A DNA stretch of 64,000 bases from Leotia lubrica (lineage: Eukaryota). The stretch spans positions 1,240,001 to 1,304,000 of the forward strand of contig OZ251267.1 in assembly GCA_965240495.1 (NCBI GenBank). The letters are read 5' to 3'. The notes under the pieces are model-generated. The model had not been told where the DNA came from. It saw only the letters and a program-made list of their open reading frames with translations, and ran no database searches. The position numbers and the translations under genes were made by a program. Shown in pieces: positions 24,009 through 37,832 of the stretch. Positions within the stretch are counted from its first letter, which is position 1. Every line of letters begins with the position of its first letter.

Positions 24009-26339
24009 CGCTTCTGGATCTTGCTCTTCCTTGAGTATATCCATGTACTTCTTTCGTAAAACCGTCTTTCTAACAGGCTTCAATTTTTTTGAAACTTTCT
24101 CCTTCTTTGACTCTTCAGGGGGTGCATCCAGAAGTTCGATATCAAATCAATCCTGATTCTCCTCATGGTCTTTGTTGCGCAGTATTTGGGCTTTACAGGT
24201 GGCTATAATTAGCCGAGTGGAAAAAGGTCTCTAGACTAGTTCCGGAGGCTACACAGACTACACTTCAACACAACATAAGATAATAAACCCATAGTTCCCC
24301 AGACCCCCATTTCCCTCAAACGTACCTGTAGACTGGCCACAGTCTGGTCCGGTCCGGACCGTAGACTTTTTTGGAGACCGTTTAAAAAGACTGGACTGTA
24401 CGGTCTAGCACCTCCGGACTGCAGTTCAGTCCCAAAAATAAAAGACCGGACTGTTCGGTCTGGTCTTTTTATCGCTTGAAAATGGAGACTGAGAAAAAGC
24501 TAGACCGGACTATACGGTCCAGTCTAAGACTAGACCGTAGTTATGCATATGTGCATAACTATGGTCTCGGACTCTGGAAAGGATTATTATAATGATTCTA
24601 TACTATACTTCTAATATTAGTTTTATAGTACTGAATAATCCCCATACTTCCCTAAATATACTAATATATTAATCTACAATTAAGTCCTACATCTAATTTT
24701 GACCCTGGTCATATGACTGTCATATGACCAGGTTCCCTAATCCCAAAAGAGACTAGTTTGCAGAGAGACGACACCTCACCACCACCATCCCAATCCACAC
24801 TGCAACTACCATCCAAATTCCCAGAACAGGCTTCACTTCCAGGCCTCACTTCTAGGCCTTACTTCCGCCCAAGTTTCCAGAGCCGTCCCGGGCCTTGCAC
24901 AGCCTTGCCCCCACCGCGCAAAACCGCCCGGAGCCTTGCACGCACCCACCCGGCGCCTGCCGCAATTCTGATCGCAATTCCGATCGCAATTCCGATCGGG
25001 CGGCCATACGCGGCCTTGCTGAAGCCTCGTGCGAGTTGCGATAATTCGCCCGGAGCCTTGCGTGAGCCCGGCGAGGCGTCTGGACCCCTCCACGAGCCAT
25101 CGCACGATCGATCGTGCGACCGATCGATCGCGGCCGACGCGGCCTTGCCGAAGCCTCGTGCAAATCGTGATTGGCCGCCGGAAGCCTCGCACTCGCCCGG
25201 CCAGCCCGGCCAGCCCCCCTTCCAGCGTTGCGCTAGCTAACCTGCGCTCGCCCGAGCCAGCCTGAGCCAGCCTGCACGCGCCGACCGGCCCAGCCGCCCA
25301 AAGCCGGCCCGAGCCAGCGGACCCCCACCCAGAGCCCCTAAACTGCCTGGAGCCTTACCAGGACCCCCCGGAGAGACTCCATATAGCCTTTGTAAGCCCC
25401 TGGAGTCCCCTGTGAGCTCCTTAAAGCCCCCAAAGAGCTCTCAAACCCTCCGGAAAGACCTTGTGAGACCCAAAGAGACCTGTGAGTCCCCAGAGAGACT
25501 TCTGAAGCTACCTAGTGATGCTTAGATCCCTCCAGAGCCTCACTGAAAGCCTCACATAAGGGTCAAGAGCTGTTGGGAGATAGTCCGAGCTTCACCTCAA
25601 CTCAGTGGTTGCGTATCTCCCTAACTATTATATTTAGTGTCATCTGCTAACTTTTTCTATAGTTGTCTACCTCCTATTGTCGTCGATCCTTCTGTCTGTC
25701 GCCATCTACTCTCCTGTTGCTGTTAAACCTTCTGTCACGGTCTATCTTCCTGTTACTATCAGCTCTTCTGTCATCATTGGTCATCTTGTGGTGAATAAGC
25801 TTTAAGGTAAGCAAATATTTGCTTTATACATCTTAGTTGAGTCCTAGTGGATTACCCTTCAATATGTTTCGGATCGCCATATTGTTGTATGCAGACCCAG
25901 CTAGTGCCTCAGAAAATTTTCTGGTTGCAGTAGCGTAGGTACTAGTAGTATCTGCGTTACTGTAGACATTAGCAGGAAGTTTGAAAGTTGCTTCTCTAAA
26001 TAATTTCTTTCACCCGGGGTCTAAATCCTCATTAAAAACTTAGCTGGGTGCGGTATCCAGAAAAGTCTTCGCAAGGTGAGGCTTTAGAAAACTAGCTTAG
26101 GACTGGCTCCTACTAAAAAACCCGGTCAGGATTGCATATCCTGAGTGTAAATTAAAAAATATGCCCAGGTGCGGGCCCTGGAAAGCCAGGGTTTATGTCT
26201 CTACTTTAGTAGTGGCGTAAACCCCAGTAAATACCTTGCAGGGGGGCAAATTTCTCTACCGTATTTGATTATGTTTAGAATTTGTCTCTGGTTTTTCATT
26301 GAGGACTTGGCTAAGACATGTGATCATTTCTAGGTTTTC

Positions 26340-27290
26340 ATGATGTCAACATCCCAGCAGTTCAATAGTCAAGTTTCATTGTTGATAGATTGCGGCGCAA
26401 TGAAAGATAAAAATTGGCCGAACAATAAGGTTAGGAATGGAACGAAGCAATTTTTAAAACTGTGGCAACATAAGCAGGAGGGTATGGAACATACGAAATC
26501 TCCAGTGACGTATGTGGAATTGAAGGAGAACAGAAAGGGGAGACAGAAGGAAGTTTTGGAAGCTGCGAAGGAGGGAGATATTAATACGTTTATGGTGATA
26601 AAGTCGCATGCGAATCATCATGTGATAATTGATGAACGTGATGTGATTTTGGGATATCGCTATCGTATTGATCCCGAACATTTGAAAACGCTTAAAGAAA
26701 CGACTGCGGATCTGCCTCATACAAGAGTTAATGCTCGTAATCGAGGGAACTATCCCATGCGCCACTATACTGTTTGGTGTGATTACAGTAAGGTACCGTT
26801 TGAGAGTGCGGAGTATCGAAAAGAGTTGCCAGCATCAAAGGAATGATGCGATAAAAATGGTAAACTGTTCGAATACTTATCTGACGGGCTTCGGATGATT
26901 AGTCCGATGACTTACGTGAGATATAGAGGAGCTCAATCATATTTACAAGCTCTTAATAATCTGCAGCCGTTATGTGGTATTTGGTTCAGAGTAGCAATAA
27001 ATGAGGCGGTTACCAGTAGTACCAGTACTCATTTGGACTTTGGTGATTTGGGATATAATTGTGTTGTTCCTTGGGGGGAATACGAAGGTGGAGGTCTGGT
27101 GTTATGGCCGTTAAAAATAATTATGGAATTAGAACCCGGTGATGCGTTTTTATTTATGGGTTCGTTGATTGCGCATAATGTTGGTGAAATTAAGGGAGTT
27201 CGGAACAGCATTGATTTATTTTGTCATACAAATGTATTAAGCTGGAAGGATAAGTATGATGAAGAGCGACGGGGGGAGGGGTTCAATTAA
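26340..27290 (+). pseudogene. 2OG-Fe(II) dioxygenase, TET/JBP-like (316 codons, one premature stop at 26844-26846)
   Basis: ORFs 26340-26846 and 26895-27290 share one frame; the TGA is TGG in the hAT-2 copy. Motifs THLDFGD (HxD), WGEYEGGGLVLW, ELEPGD, SLIAHNV (distal His), VRNS (2OG-binding Arg). Confidence 0.8.
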
Positions 27291-28079
27291 TAATATATGA
27301 GAGTTGAGAGTATCAATGCTATTGTGCACGATGACACTTAAAAGGTATGAACTGAATTTCCCTTTGCGAGTGGTTGGGCTATAACATATGATTATATAAT
27401 TAGGAATTATTGTTTCGTATGAGAGTGAACAGCTTTGTGGATGTTACCATTGTCGGAATGATTACTATTCAATAGTAGGGCTGATCAGAAAACGATGCAG
27501 ACTAGAGTTCTAGTATGAGGAGTTCTGTGCTTACTGTGATCGCATATAGTTATGTGATTGGTATCGTTGAATGTGCTTGTTATGATAGCATATAGTCATA
27601 CAACAGGTGTGTTATGTTCTTATTATGATGATGTGTGATCCTGAAAGGTAATTCTTCATTTGGTTTATGCGACAGAAATCATGTGATCAGTGGTCACATG
27701 AGATAAAATTATGGCGAAGTATAAAGAAGACATATTAGGATGAACCACATAATGATAAATGGATGGGACTTGAGATTTCTGACAATTTCTATTCTGTCAG
27801 TGCATGATTACTAGTAAGCAATTTGCTTCCCGTCATAATTAAGATTTGTGGCAATTTTACTATCTATCAGCGTTTCAGTAGGTGCAACTAATAGTGGTTG
27901 CCTGCCCTTGATGCTGATGGTGTAGTCATGGTTGCTGGTACATCGTGGCTACCTGTACATCATAGTTACTATGCATCGGGGCTATATGTCCATAATAGCT
28001 ATCTGTTCATTGAGGCAGTTTGTTAATGGCGGCAGCTTGTCAATGGCGGTCATCGGTTTATGGTGGCAGCTTGTCTATA

Positions 28080-29090
28080 GGGGCTGCTAGTTTATGGTGG
28101 CCGCTGGTCTATGGGAGCTGCTTGTCCATGGGGGCTGTTAGTCTATGGAGGCTACTGCTTGTCCAAGGTGGCTACTGGTTTATGGCAGCGGCCGGTCTAC
28201 AGCGGCTGCTCGTCTATGGTGGCCGCTCGTCCATGGTGGCTGCTCGTCTATGGCGGTCGCTCGTCCATGGCGGCCGCTCGTCCATAGCGGCTGCTCGTCC
28301 ATAACGGCTGCTCATCCATGGCAGCCGCTCATCCATGGCGGCTACTCGTCTATAGCGGCTACTTGTCTATAGCGGCTGCTTGTCCATGGCAGCCGCTCGT
28401 GTAATGGTAGTGTATTGTGGGACGAGAGAACTCTCTATTCTACAGCTTGTGGTGCACGAAGGCTGGTAGATACAGTGGTACAGTGTGTGTGGTGATATTA
28501 TTGCAAAGTTGAACTCTAACTTCTCTAATTCTGTTGGGGCCTCTGGCTATACGGTGTGACACTGTAGGGCTTGCCAAACTACCCATCAGTGCACTGACCA
28601 CCCTCTTGTTTGGTCAGCTGAGCCATCCCCGCATCTGCGGCCCTATCAAGCAACTAGGGCTTGGGGCTGAGCTGCGCAACTACCAACCAAGCACTGTGGC
28701 TCAGAACTATCATTACGACAGCCTAGAAACCTGCTTTCTGAACTGCAAAGCCGCCCTCGCATCCGCTCATGCGTCTGCCCCCTGTAGCCACGTTTGCAGA
28801 TAGTCTGTGCGACCGCCCGAGCCGCCACAATTCAATTTAACTGAGCGGCTGCCATTGCCGCCATAATTACTGAGCAGCTGCCATTACCGCCGTAATTACG
28901 ATTATCCGTGCAAAGGACTTCGCCGCCACGATCGCTGCGTATTCGGCCTGTTACAGCTCGTCCATGGCGGCCGCTCGTCCATGGCGGCCTCTCGTCCATG
29001 GTGGCCACTCGTCCATGGCAGCCGCTCATCTATGGCGGCCGCTCATCTATGGTGGCTGACCATTCACGGCAGCTGCTGGTCCATGATGGC
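28080..29090. repeat. 17-bp minisatellite (GCTCGTCCATGGCGGCC-like) between the cargo and transposase genes, interrupted by a solo LTR
   Basis: Tandem degenerate units; the same array occurs at ~43170-43400 and, inverted, at ~61439-61780. Confidence 0.8.
28400..28955. repeat. Solo LTR (556 bp)
   Basis: TGTAA...TTACA ends, 5-bp TSD GCTCG, absent from the hAT-2 copy. Confidence 0.85.
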
Positions 29091-29511
29091 TGACTATCAA
29101 TACGGGTGGCCTGTCCATTGAGGCGGCTAGTCCATCGTAGCTGCCTGTTCATCTCAGCCGCTCATTTATTTCAGCAGCGATAGAGCTACAATTGAGCTAC
29201 ACCTGTCTGACCAGGCTTGTTACAGTTGGTCTGGTTCGTTACTGGCTTGGGTGGCTGGCCAGGTACTATAGCTAGGTTGTAGTAGCGTGAGGTGTGGTTG
29301 GTTGGGGTTACGGCCCAAGGTAGCTGCGGCTCATTCCTACAGGTGAGATTTAAAATTGGTGGCTGTGTAATTACCACAGTCTGATTCCTTATTAACTAGC
29401 GTTACTTTTGAGCATTACTGAATAGAAGATTTGTGTGACGCTCATGATGCTTCTTTTCATTCTGATAATTTGATTTATTTATTACTTATAGATATTATTA
29501 TTCATACAACG

Positions 29512-32199
29512 ATGTCAGATATTATAATTCCTGCTATAATGTCAAGTGATTGTCCCATATCTGAGGTGTCAGATCTATTTCCTGTCGATATTATCCCAAA
29601 CTCTTTTCCTCTGTCAACGGAGACTGAAGTCTCCAAGGAAGATAATCCTTTTCAACATCTGGAATTATCTCCGAATAAAAGATATGCTATTTGAAGAAGA
29701 AATAATGTCGAGCATTGGAATCCTTAGTGGCGCCATGTACTTAATTCGTCAAAATCTAATGATAAATTTGGATACTTTTCCTGGACAAAAGCAAAGAGGT
29801 TGACAGTATGGGAATATTTTGAGCAAGATGCTGATATACAGAATGGTTCTTCAAAGGCTCTCTGCAAGGTATGTTGGAAGGTATTTGCCCACCCTGAGCT
29901 CCGAACTGGTGGCAGTAGTACATCTACTCTTCGGCATCATGCTGAGCATAAGAAATATGGTGGCTCAAAAACTGGTCAAGGACTCTTGTCGCAATTTGGA
30001 GCTGGAACCATAGTAAGTGAATAATTCTCATGGCATTATGAACGAACTGATAGTATGGATAGGCCTCTAACTCAAAGGTCATTCCTGCATTCAACCAAGT
30101 GGCTTGGAGAGAACAGCTGATAATCTTTTTGATATCTTCAAACCTACCCTTTTGAGCTATTGAGCATCCCGAATTCCGGAAAGCTATGCTTATACTGAGG
30201 CCTGACCTTGACATACCTCACAGAACATTTATTCGTATGCACCTGACAAGTTTTTAAAAAAGTGTTCAGTCGCAGCTCCTATTGGATTTGCCTGAGACTG
30301 CAAAGGTCTCAATTGCACTGGATGGCTGGCAAAGCCCGTTTAAGAGGTCATTTCTTGCTGTTACAGCATATTACATTACGAGTAATTGACAGTGGCAAGA
30401 TGTGTGCTATACGCTTTTGTCTAATCAAATATATGCTAACATTTATCGCAGGCACTGATTGGTTTTGAACCATTGAAGGGTTCTCATACTGGCGAATATA
30501 TGGCAGGCGTTTTATATAATGTCTTAGAGCGTTTTAGCATTACAAAGCGTCTCCTTTGTATCACCACTGACAATACTGGAAACAATGGCACGATGCGGAA
30601 GGAATTAGAATAGCTACTCAACGACTTGGACATTAATAATAGTTGGAGCAGTGATTCTACGAAGATTCCATGTCTGGCCCATGTGATACAACTTGTCGTT
30701 AAGGCTATATTGGGTGCCTTTGATATTAAACCCGCGACTGAGGATTTAGATGATGATGTCAATGGTAGGAGTGTGAGCAGTGCAATCGCAAAGGTATGGT
30801 ATCCGGAGTAATGCTTAAGAGTAATACTGATAGTCTTGAAATTACCAGATACGCAGATATGCTACTATGATGAGTCGATCAGCCAAAAGAACTGAGCATC
30901 TGTTGCAAAAACAGTCAGAGCAGGAGTCGGCCCGATTACTCCGGATGGTAGGAGATATTCCAATCTGGTGGAACTCTACATATGACATGATACTTCGGGC
31001 AAGGCGTCTACGTATTCCTCTACGGAACTAGCTCGATGAAGAGATACTCGAGGATCCAAGCCTTGACCATCTTTCTCTGTCGAATATGGACTGGAACAAA
31101 TTGAAGTATCTTATTATTCTTCTGCGTCCATTTGCAGAGTATACCAGTCTTATTGGGAATACAAGAGATGCAACGATTAACCATACCTGGAATGTCTACA
31201 ATGCTCTCTTTGATCACCTCGATATGATACGGGACAAGCTTTGTCACAAAGACCCAGAGAAAACCCCCTGGATCTCTGAGTTCATTACAGCAGTCTATAT
31301 TGGAATCCTAAAATTGAAGGAATACTATTCTAAAACAGGAGGACCAGTTGAGACGCAATATGCTCTAGCTGCTATGCTTGACTCTTCTCAAAAGCTCAAT
31401 ATTTTTGCATCACCAGAGTGGAACAGAAAGTATACAAAGGAGTTTGTAGATCACTAGAGTGTCAACTACCAGTCACTGGCTGTGACTAGAGATGATCAGC
31501 CACGAGCTTCAATAGATCCCCAAACCCTGAATGGCATCTTTTGACAGCACCGGCAAAGTATAGGATCTAGCCGAGTTAGTTCAACAGTAACGAATGAGGC
31601 GGAGCAATACCTACGAGCTCCAGTAATTGGAGAAGACTCAGAAATACCGGTCTTGCAACTGTGGAAAAGAATAGAACATTCTTACCCTTCTCTTGCATCG
31701 ATGGCCAGAGATATCCTTGCTGTTCCAAGTATGTTGATGTTTATAATTGTCTAAGCGTTACTCCTGGTTGCGACTAGAAGTAAGGCTTAGGAGTAACGCT
31801 ACTATACTCAGAATCCTATGAAAATGAGAACTAACATAACCAGTGAGCGGGACTGGTGTCGAACGGATCTTCAATATCGCTTGTGACCAGCATAACTACC
31901 GTCGTGCCCAGATCAACCCTGACACCATTCATCAATCTATGATTGTTAAGCACTTCCACCGTAACATGTGGCAGCTTGGAGAGGATTGGGAGAATACAGA
32001 TCATGTGTTTGGAGCACCGGACTCTGACCTAGAGGTAGAGCAAAATGAGAAGTCGATTGCTGCATCATTGGAGATATCTGATGACGAACAAGGTGTGGAG
32101 GAGGATAGGGTTGAGGGGGAGAAGGATGAAGGGCTATTTTTGCCACCACATAGACATACACAAGCAAGTCCTCGAAGGGCAAGAAGAGCTGGCAGATAG
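29512..32199 (+). pseudogene. hAT transposase (multi-exon) with several nonsense changes
   Basis: BED-finger-like VWEYF...CKVC...STLRHH; IALDGWQS; ITTDN; PCLAHVIQL; WNSTYDM; C-terminal YPSLASMARDILA...SGTGVERIF dimerisation motif. Confidence 0.92.
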
Positions 32200-35100
32200 A
32201 ATGTCTGTAAAAATATAGACTAGAATACAAACTGAGCAGTTTCCCATTACTCTATGCCATTACTCCTGATATGATTTAGAGCTAAATATTCGATATTTAA
32301 GCTATTTTAACCAAGCAGAGTATCTTAGAGTTACTCCTAAGCGTTAACCATTACCCTTACATTATGCAAATTATGCAACAATTACAGTCCGGTCCGGTCT
32401 TTTCCTACTAATTCAGGACTGGACCGGAATATTCGGTCTCAAAATAAAAGACCGGACTGCTTGCGGTCCGGTCTCAATTTTTTTTGTAGACTGTAAACAG
32501 TCCGGTCCAGAATATAAAGACCGCACTGTATTCCAGTCCAGACTGGACTGGACCATGGGACCGTACTTCGGTCCGGTCCTAAAATTTAGGACCGGACTGC
32601 TTACAAATCAGTCCGGTCCAGTCCGGTCCTGGTCCTACGGTCTGGTCCGGCCAGTCTACATACCTGATGGCTTACATACACTGTTCAACAGTTATGAGCC
32701 CAGTTGCAAGTAGGAAAATCACAAGATTCCTACCGATTCCAAAGGGGTGTACAAAAATAACCCCTTCCAACCTGTTCAGAACAGTCAGAATGGCCTACAG
32801 TACAACTACAAAAGAAAGAAAGAGTCAATCCGATAGGACCTAGTGAAAATACTGGCCCCGATTCTACAAAAGAAAAAGGAACTCCGAATCAATCAATCAC
32901 GAAGCCGGTTTATGAAAGACCAAAGAATTCCGGCAAAGTTGGAGAATCTGATTCAGCCATCAATCCAAACCAAGATATCCTCCCCAAAAGACAGAATGGA
33001 GGAAGCGGTTTATGAAAGACCGAAGAGAACAAATAAACACAGCTCCAAATAAGCATCAAGAGAGAGATCACTTTGGCCCAGACAGGAGTTAATAGAGACT
33101 TGGAATAATCCACCGATAGTACTCCCTTCAAAAACTATAGAAGGAACTATGGAACAAAGAACAAGAAGGGGTATGTGGTAAAAATCACGCAATGCCCCCA
33201 GGAATTCGATGCCTAGTTTCCGGAAGTGTTTGAGGATAGGATTAGTTACTATTGGGTTACAAAATCCTATGTCACACGATGGCCTAGAAGATTCACGAGC
33301 AGGGACTGCTTCCATATGTATTCAGAGAAGGAACCCTGAGGAGATCAAATTGCGACAAGTTTGGAGAATAGAGAAGCCTGATTGAAATCCGGGCCACCCA
33401 CCTTTGAGCCACGCGATGGGCTCCGCGTATACTACGAGTGATACCTACGATTAAAATTACGAGACAGCGGGAGAGGCTTGGGTATTTATGTTGAAAAGAG
33501 AGTCACAGAATACCGCGTGAAAGTACTACACAGAAGAATCACATGAGGACTTTACAGCGAAAGGATTGAATATAAACTCTCAGCCACGCAATGGCTCAAC
33601 ACGAAAGTAGAAGACAAGCGCCCAGGAAGCGCTATAGAAATCGATCAGAGCGATTGTGTCAAGCGATCTTGAACTGCGATAGGAAATCGCGATGACTTAC
33701 AGTTAACGGATACTGAGTGATTGGGATGGAGTTACGTATACAGAATCAATTGCCTACAACTGCGATAAAGAATAAGCGCCCAGGAAGTACGACAGGATTT
33801 TACAATTAGGAATCGCGATAGCCATGAAAGAGCTCCAAGCAAGAAACTGAAAAATTGCCACACGTGATCGGGAATCACGATAGCTGCGTGATGGGCCAAT
33901 GATTAAAATGATCGAAGAAACCGGGTAGACCCTGAATCGCCACTCGGATATAGATAGCTTTCCTGAATACCGATAGAACTCCCAGTTAAATCTGAAGGGG
34001 TAGAAGGTAGAGATAGTAGTCCTATCCCAGATTGGATCCAGATTTACTGAGCTATCAGACAGACTACAAGAAACAGGCTAAGAGTCATTCTATTTATTGA
34101 TGATACTTAGCTAATAATTTTATTTACAACTAGTCTCAAGAATATAGCTGCGAAGAGCAATTACCGTGTGACAAAGAGATACCGTGAAAAAGGATACTGC
34201 GATGAAGCAAAGGGCTATAAAGCCAAATACCACGAAGAATAATTACCGTGATGAAAAGAAACCCAAAGAAGAAAGCTATAGAATGCTGCTACAGAGATGA
34301 AAGCTGCAGAATGCCACTACAGAGATGAAAGCTGCAAAATGCTGCTATAGAGATGAAAGCCGTAGAATGCCGCTATGTTAGTTTATATCAGGGGTCACGG
34401 AGTGGTTGCGACAGGCAACCAGAGTCTGGTCAGGATAGTTGTAGGTAACTGTAATACTATGCTGAAGACTAAAGAGAGGAGTGGAGGTACTGGGCGTAAG
34501 GCCCAGTATATAAGTACATTCTGAACAGTGATCCCCCGCTGTATAGCCCTATGTGCCCTTTCTGTCCTTCTGCTATCCCCTTTGCACAGTGCCCAGTTAC
34601 ACCTGGAGATTGTTTACGAGCTGGGTTGTTCAGGGGTTATGTTTACACACTTACTTATACAGTAGGTAACTGTAATACTATGCTGAAGACTAAGGAGAGG
34701 AGTGGAGGTACTGGGTGTAAGGCCCAATATATATGTACAATCTGAACAGTAAACCCCCACTGTATAACCAATGTCCCCTTTTTGCCCTTCCGTTATTCCC
34801 TTCGCTATCCCCTTATATAGTGCCTGGTTACACCCAGGGGTTCTGGTCGGGTTGTTTCAAAGGTTGGGCACACTCGAGAAAGCCGCGAAGAGATATTACC
34901 GTGATGAAAGAAGACTTCTCAAGAAGAGAGTGCAGGCACATGGGAAGAGAATACTCCCTCCAAAACAAATTGAAGGAACAGTTGTTAATGTACCTAGAGG
35001 GAAAGGATGCGGTTGATATGAAGACCTTGGAAATTTCCGTAATGACGGGCAGAAGGTTTGCAAGAAGTCGGAAGCAACCAAAGATTCCATACCTCCAGTA

Positions 35101-35589
35101 GTATATACAGCCTTCCGGAAGTGTTAAGAGACAGGAGGGAGAGATTCTCCCCAAAAACAGAAAGGTTAGAGGATAATAATGGCGTTTCGGAGTCCAGCCA
35201 GCCAAGTCGATAACTCTTTTCCTACTTGAATTGAGCGGTTTTTAATGAGCACTGGCAATTGAAGATAGGCACTGGATTTGGCTAGGTGTAGCCACAGGCA
35301 TAGCGGAAACTACTGGTAAGCCTGCCTAAGACAGATTGGATAGAAGACTGGGAGGAAGCTAGAATACTGTAAAGGACTAGGAAGCCTGTGTCAAGCTCCC
35401 TAAAGGGGTGTGTTACGCAGTATTTGGGCTTTGCAGGGGGCTAGAATTAGCTGAGTGGAAAAGGGTCTCTAGACTAGTTCTGGAGGCTATACAGACTACA
35501 CAAAACACAACATAAGACAATATACCGATATACATCCCTTAAGACCCTCCCCCCAAATATATCTGATGGCTTACATAGACTGTTCGACA

Positions 35590-37825
35590 GTCTTCAACTT
35601 GAGCTAGCTCCCAACTCCCTAGCTGTAATCTCTTTCCGATAGCATACGTCTTCCCATTTTCCTTTTCTACCTTCCTCTTTAAAATCTTAGTGGGGTTAAT
35701 CTACTTTTCCTTCGCATTAGGAGGCGGAGTTTCAATTCGAGAAGCATTTGCTTCAGTGATATCTCTCTTTCGAACTATACTGAAACCCTCCAACTCATCT
35801 TCTTCTTTACTGCTACTCTCTTCCGAGATGAAAGTCAATCCTTAAATTGCAGTGGACAGTCTGCTGTCATTCTGTTCCTTAGGTCGATCCTGAATATTCT
35901 CATCAAATTTGGTCCCTGTAGTGCGCATTTGAACTTGAGCACCATGTGGAGCATCTCTCGTAGGGAAAATCTCAGGGGCACCTTCTCTCTCTGGTCTGAG
36001 ACAAAGCCTATTCGCTTTATTTAAGTGAATCGTGCCTTGCGCAAGGTGAAACTTATACCACGGGTACTGATTTCGGAACTTATGCGGATTAAAACTAGGT
36101 TCGCGATTATGACAGTAAAAACAAATTCTTTCTCCTACCCGATTCATATTCAGAGTATTAATTGTCACTGATGGTCCCGCATTTGCTTCTGCGAAAGCTC
36201 CAGGAGAGAGTTTATCGAAACTGGAACTTGTGTTAGGGGTAACTCCTGACCGATTCGAACCTGAACCTTGAGCCGTAGAATCTCTTTGCTGCTGAACGTG
36301 AGCGTTTCGAGCTTATTGCGCTGGGTTTACAGATTGTACCATCGACATTATCCCTATGGATAACTGCTTCATCAAATCTGTAAGTGTTTGCATCATCTTA
36401 TCCTATTTAGGGGCCGCCCCTGAACGTGGAACTATGGGTTCACTGAGTCGTTTCTCTTTTGGTACCTCGCATCCAGTATGTAGTCAGTCTACCAATTAAC
36501 CCATTTCATCACCTTTCCTATCACGAAACAAATTACTTTCCCTTTCGATATCCTTGATAGCTTGCTCTGAAGCCATAGTTTCCTCCATATATGCCACAAT
36601 CTGATCATAATTCACAGTAAGGAGTTCCGTACTGATAATCTTATACTTTCTTATTATACTGGCCCTAACCGACTGGGGCAGCCCATGTAGGAACCAAACT
36701 CCAGCTTGATACTTATTCAGAGCCCTTTTTTCGAATAGAAACATCGCAATCATATGATACTTTTGACAATACTGCAAGATGTCATCTTTCCCCATTCTTC
36801 AAATCGACTTATGCCGCTCTAAAAACTTGGCTGAATACATTTGTTGATGGGAATTGTACATCTGATACTCCCACAGAATAGCTCTCCGAAGCGCTGAGTA
36901 ATCCTTACCTACCTAAGCTTTCTGCGATTTGACTGAATCTCCTATAATCCTCGAATAATACTTCAGAAGCTTCACTAATTTACCCTGCTTTGTAATAGTA
37001 TACTCATTGCAAAGATCATTGAAATTGTCCAAAAAACTCGGTCGCATTTGCTCCTTCAAAAAGGGGTATTCTAAGCGATCCTAGAAGAGGCATCGGCAAT
37101 CTTATAATACTAGTCGCAGCCGGCACAGATACAGAAAGGTCAACAGGTAAGTTCCGGTGACTCCCCTGAGCTTCGTCGTATTGCTGACCAAATTCCATAT
37201 CAAAATATTCGGGTATAAACCCGTACTCTGTATCTGAATCCATCTTCTGTACCACTTCCCAAGTCGTCTGACAACTGGGAAAGGTTTTGAAATCTTTTCA
37301 GAGATTAGGAGGATCCTTCTGACAATACTGATTCTCAATCGCACAGTTAGATCCTTCTTTCTTCCCGACAGATACTTCCTCACAAGGGTTAAGGGGGTGG
37401 TGCGAAAAGGGGTAATCTTTCCTCAAGCATACTTCGAATGATTATCTGCTCAGATAGGTATAGTAGGTATTTTTCTTATTCCCTATCTCTCTTCTCTTTT
37501 TCTGTCTCACACTCTCCTTTTTATCCTGGGCCTCTGCCCAATAATCCCGAATTCCCTCTGGTAGGAATCTAGCAACCCATTCAGCTGTTCCGTTGAGCAT
37601 CCGAATTAGTTTCCAAATGAGAACCAGTGCGCACATCAAAAATAGAGTTCCGAAACTATCCCAGTATCCTAATATCACACCGTGCGAATTCTCGTTGAGG
37701 CGCTGAGCTACCAAGGTACTCTTAGTTTCTGAATCGTCATATCTTCTCTCACTTTTCTCAATCTTTGGTGCGCTACCTGGTAGCTTCACTCTCGGCCATA
37801 AACTGTTCGTAGAATAGTATTCCAT
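35590..37825 (-). pseudogene. gag: Degenerate gag of Gypsy-2 (continues in 24009-24172 and 20758-20960)
   Basis: Fragments IPLFEGANATEF, VWFLHGLPQSVR and ICFYC...H lie directly upstream of the protease fragment once the two TSD-bounded LTR insertions are removed. Confidence 0.75.
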
Positions 37826-37832
37826 GATTGAA

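Larger units (their letters stand above)
24329..32658 (+). mobile_element. hAT DNA transposon carrying a dioxygenase cargo gene (hAT-1), full length
   Basis: TIRs TAGACTGGCC / GGCCAGTCTA; 8-bp TSD CGTACCTG / CATACCTG (one transition); contains the dioxygenase and transposase genes. Confidence 0.95.
24173..35589 (+). mobile_element. Non-autonomous LTR element with ~180-bp LTRs and a copia/Ty5-type PBS; its 5' LTR is split by hAT-1
   Basis: 5' LTR 24173-24328 plus 32659-32690; 3' LTR 35411-35589; TSD GTCTT on both sides. GTTATGAGCCCAG follows the 5' LTR and purine tract AAAGGGGTG precedes the 3' LTR. No recognisable gag/pol ORF. Confidence 0.8.

Noticed and set aside
28020..28372. MAAARLWRPLV-type repetitive ORFs (also 42978-43346, 61355-61949)
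   Set aside because: Translations of the 17-bp minisatellite.
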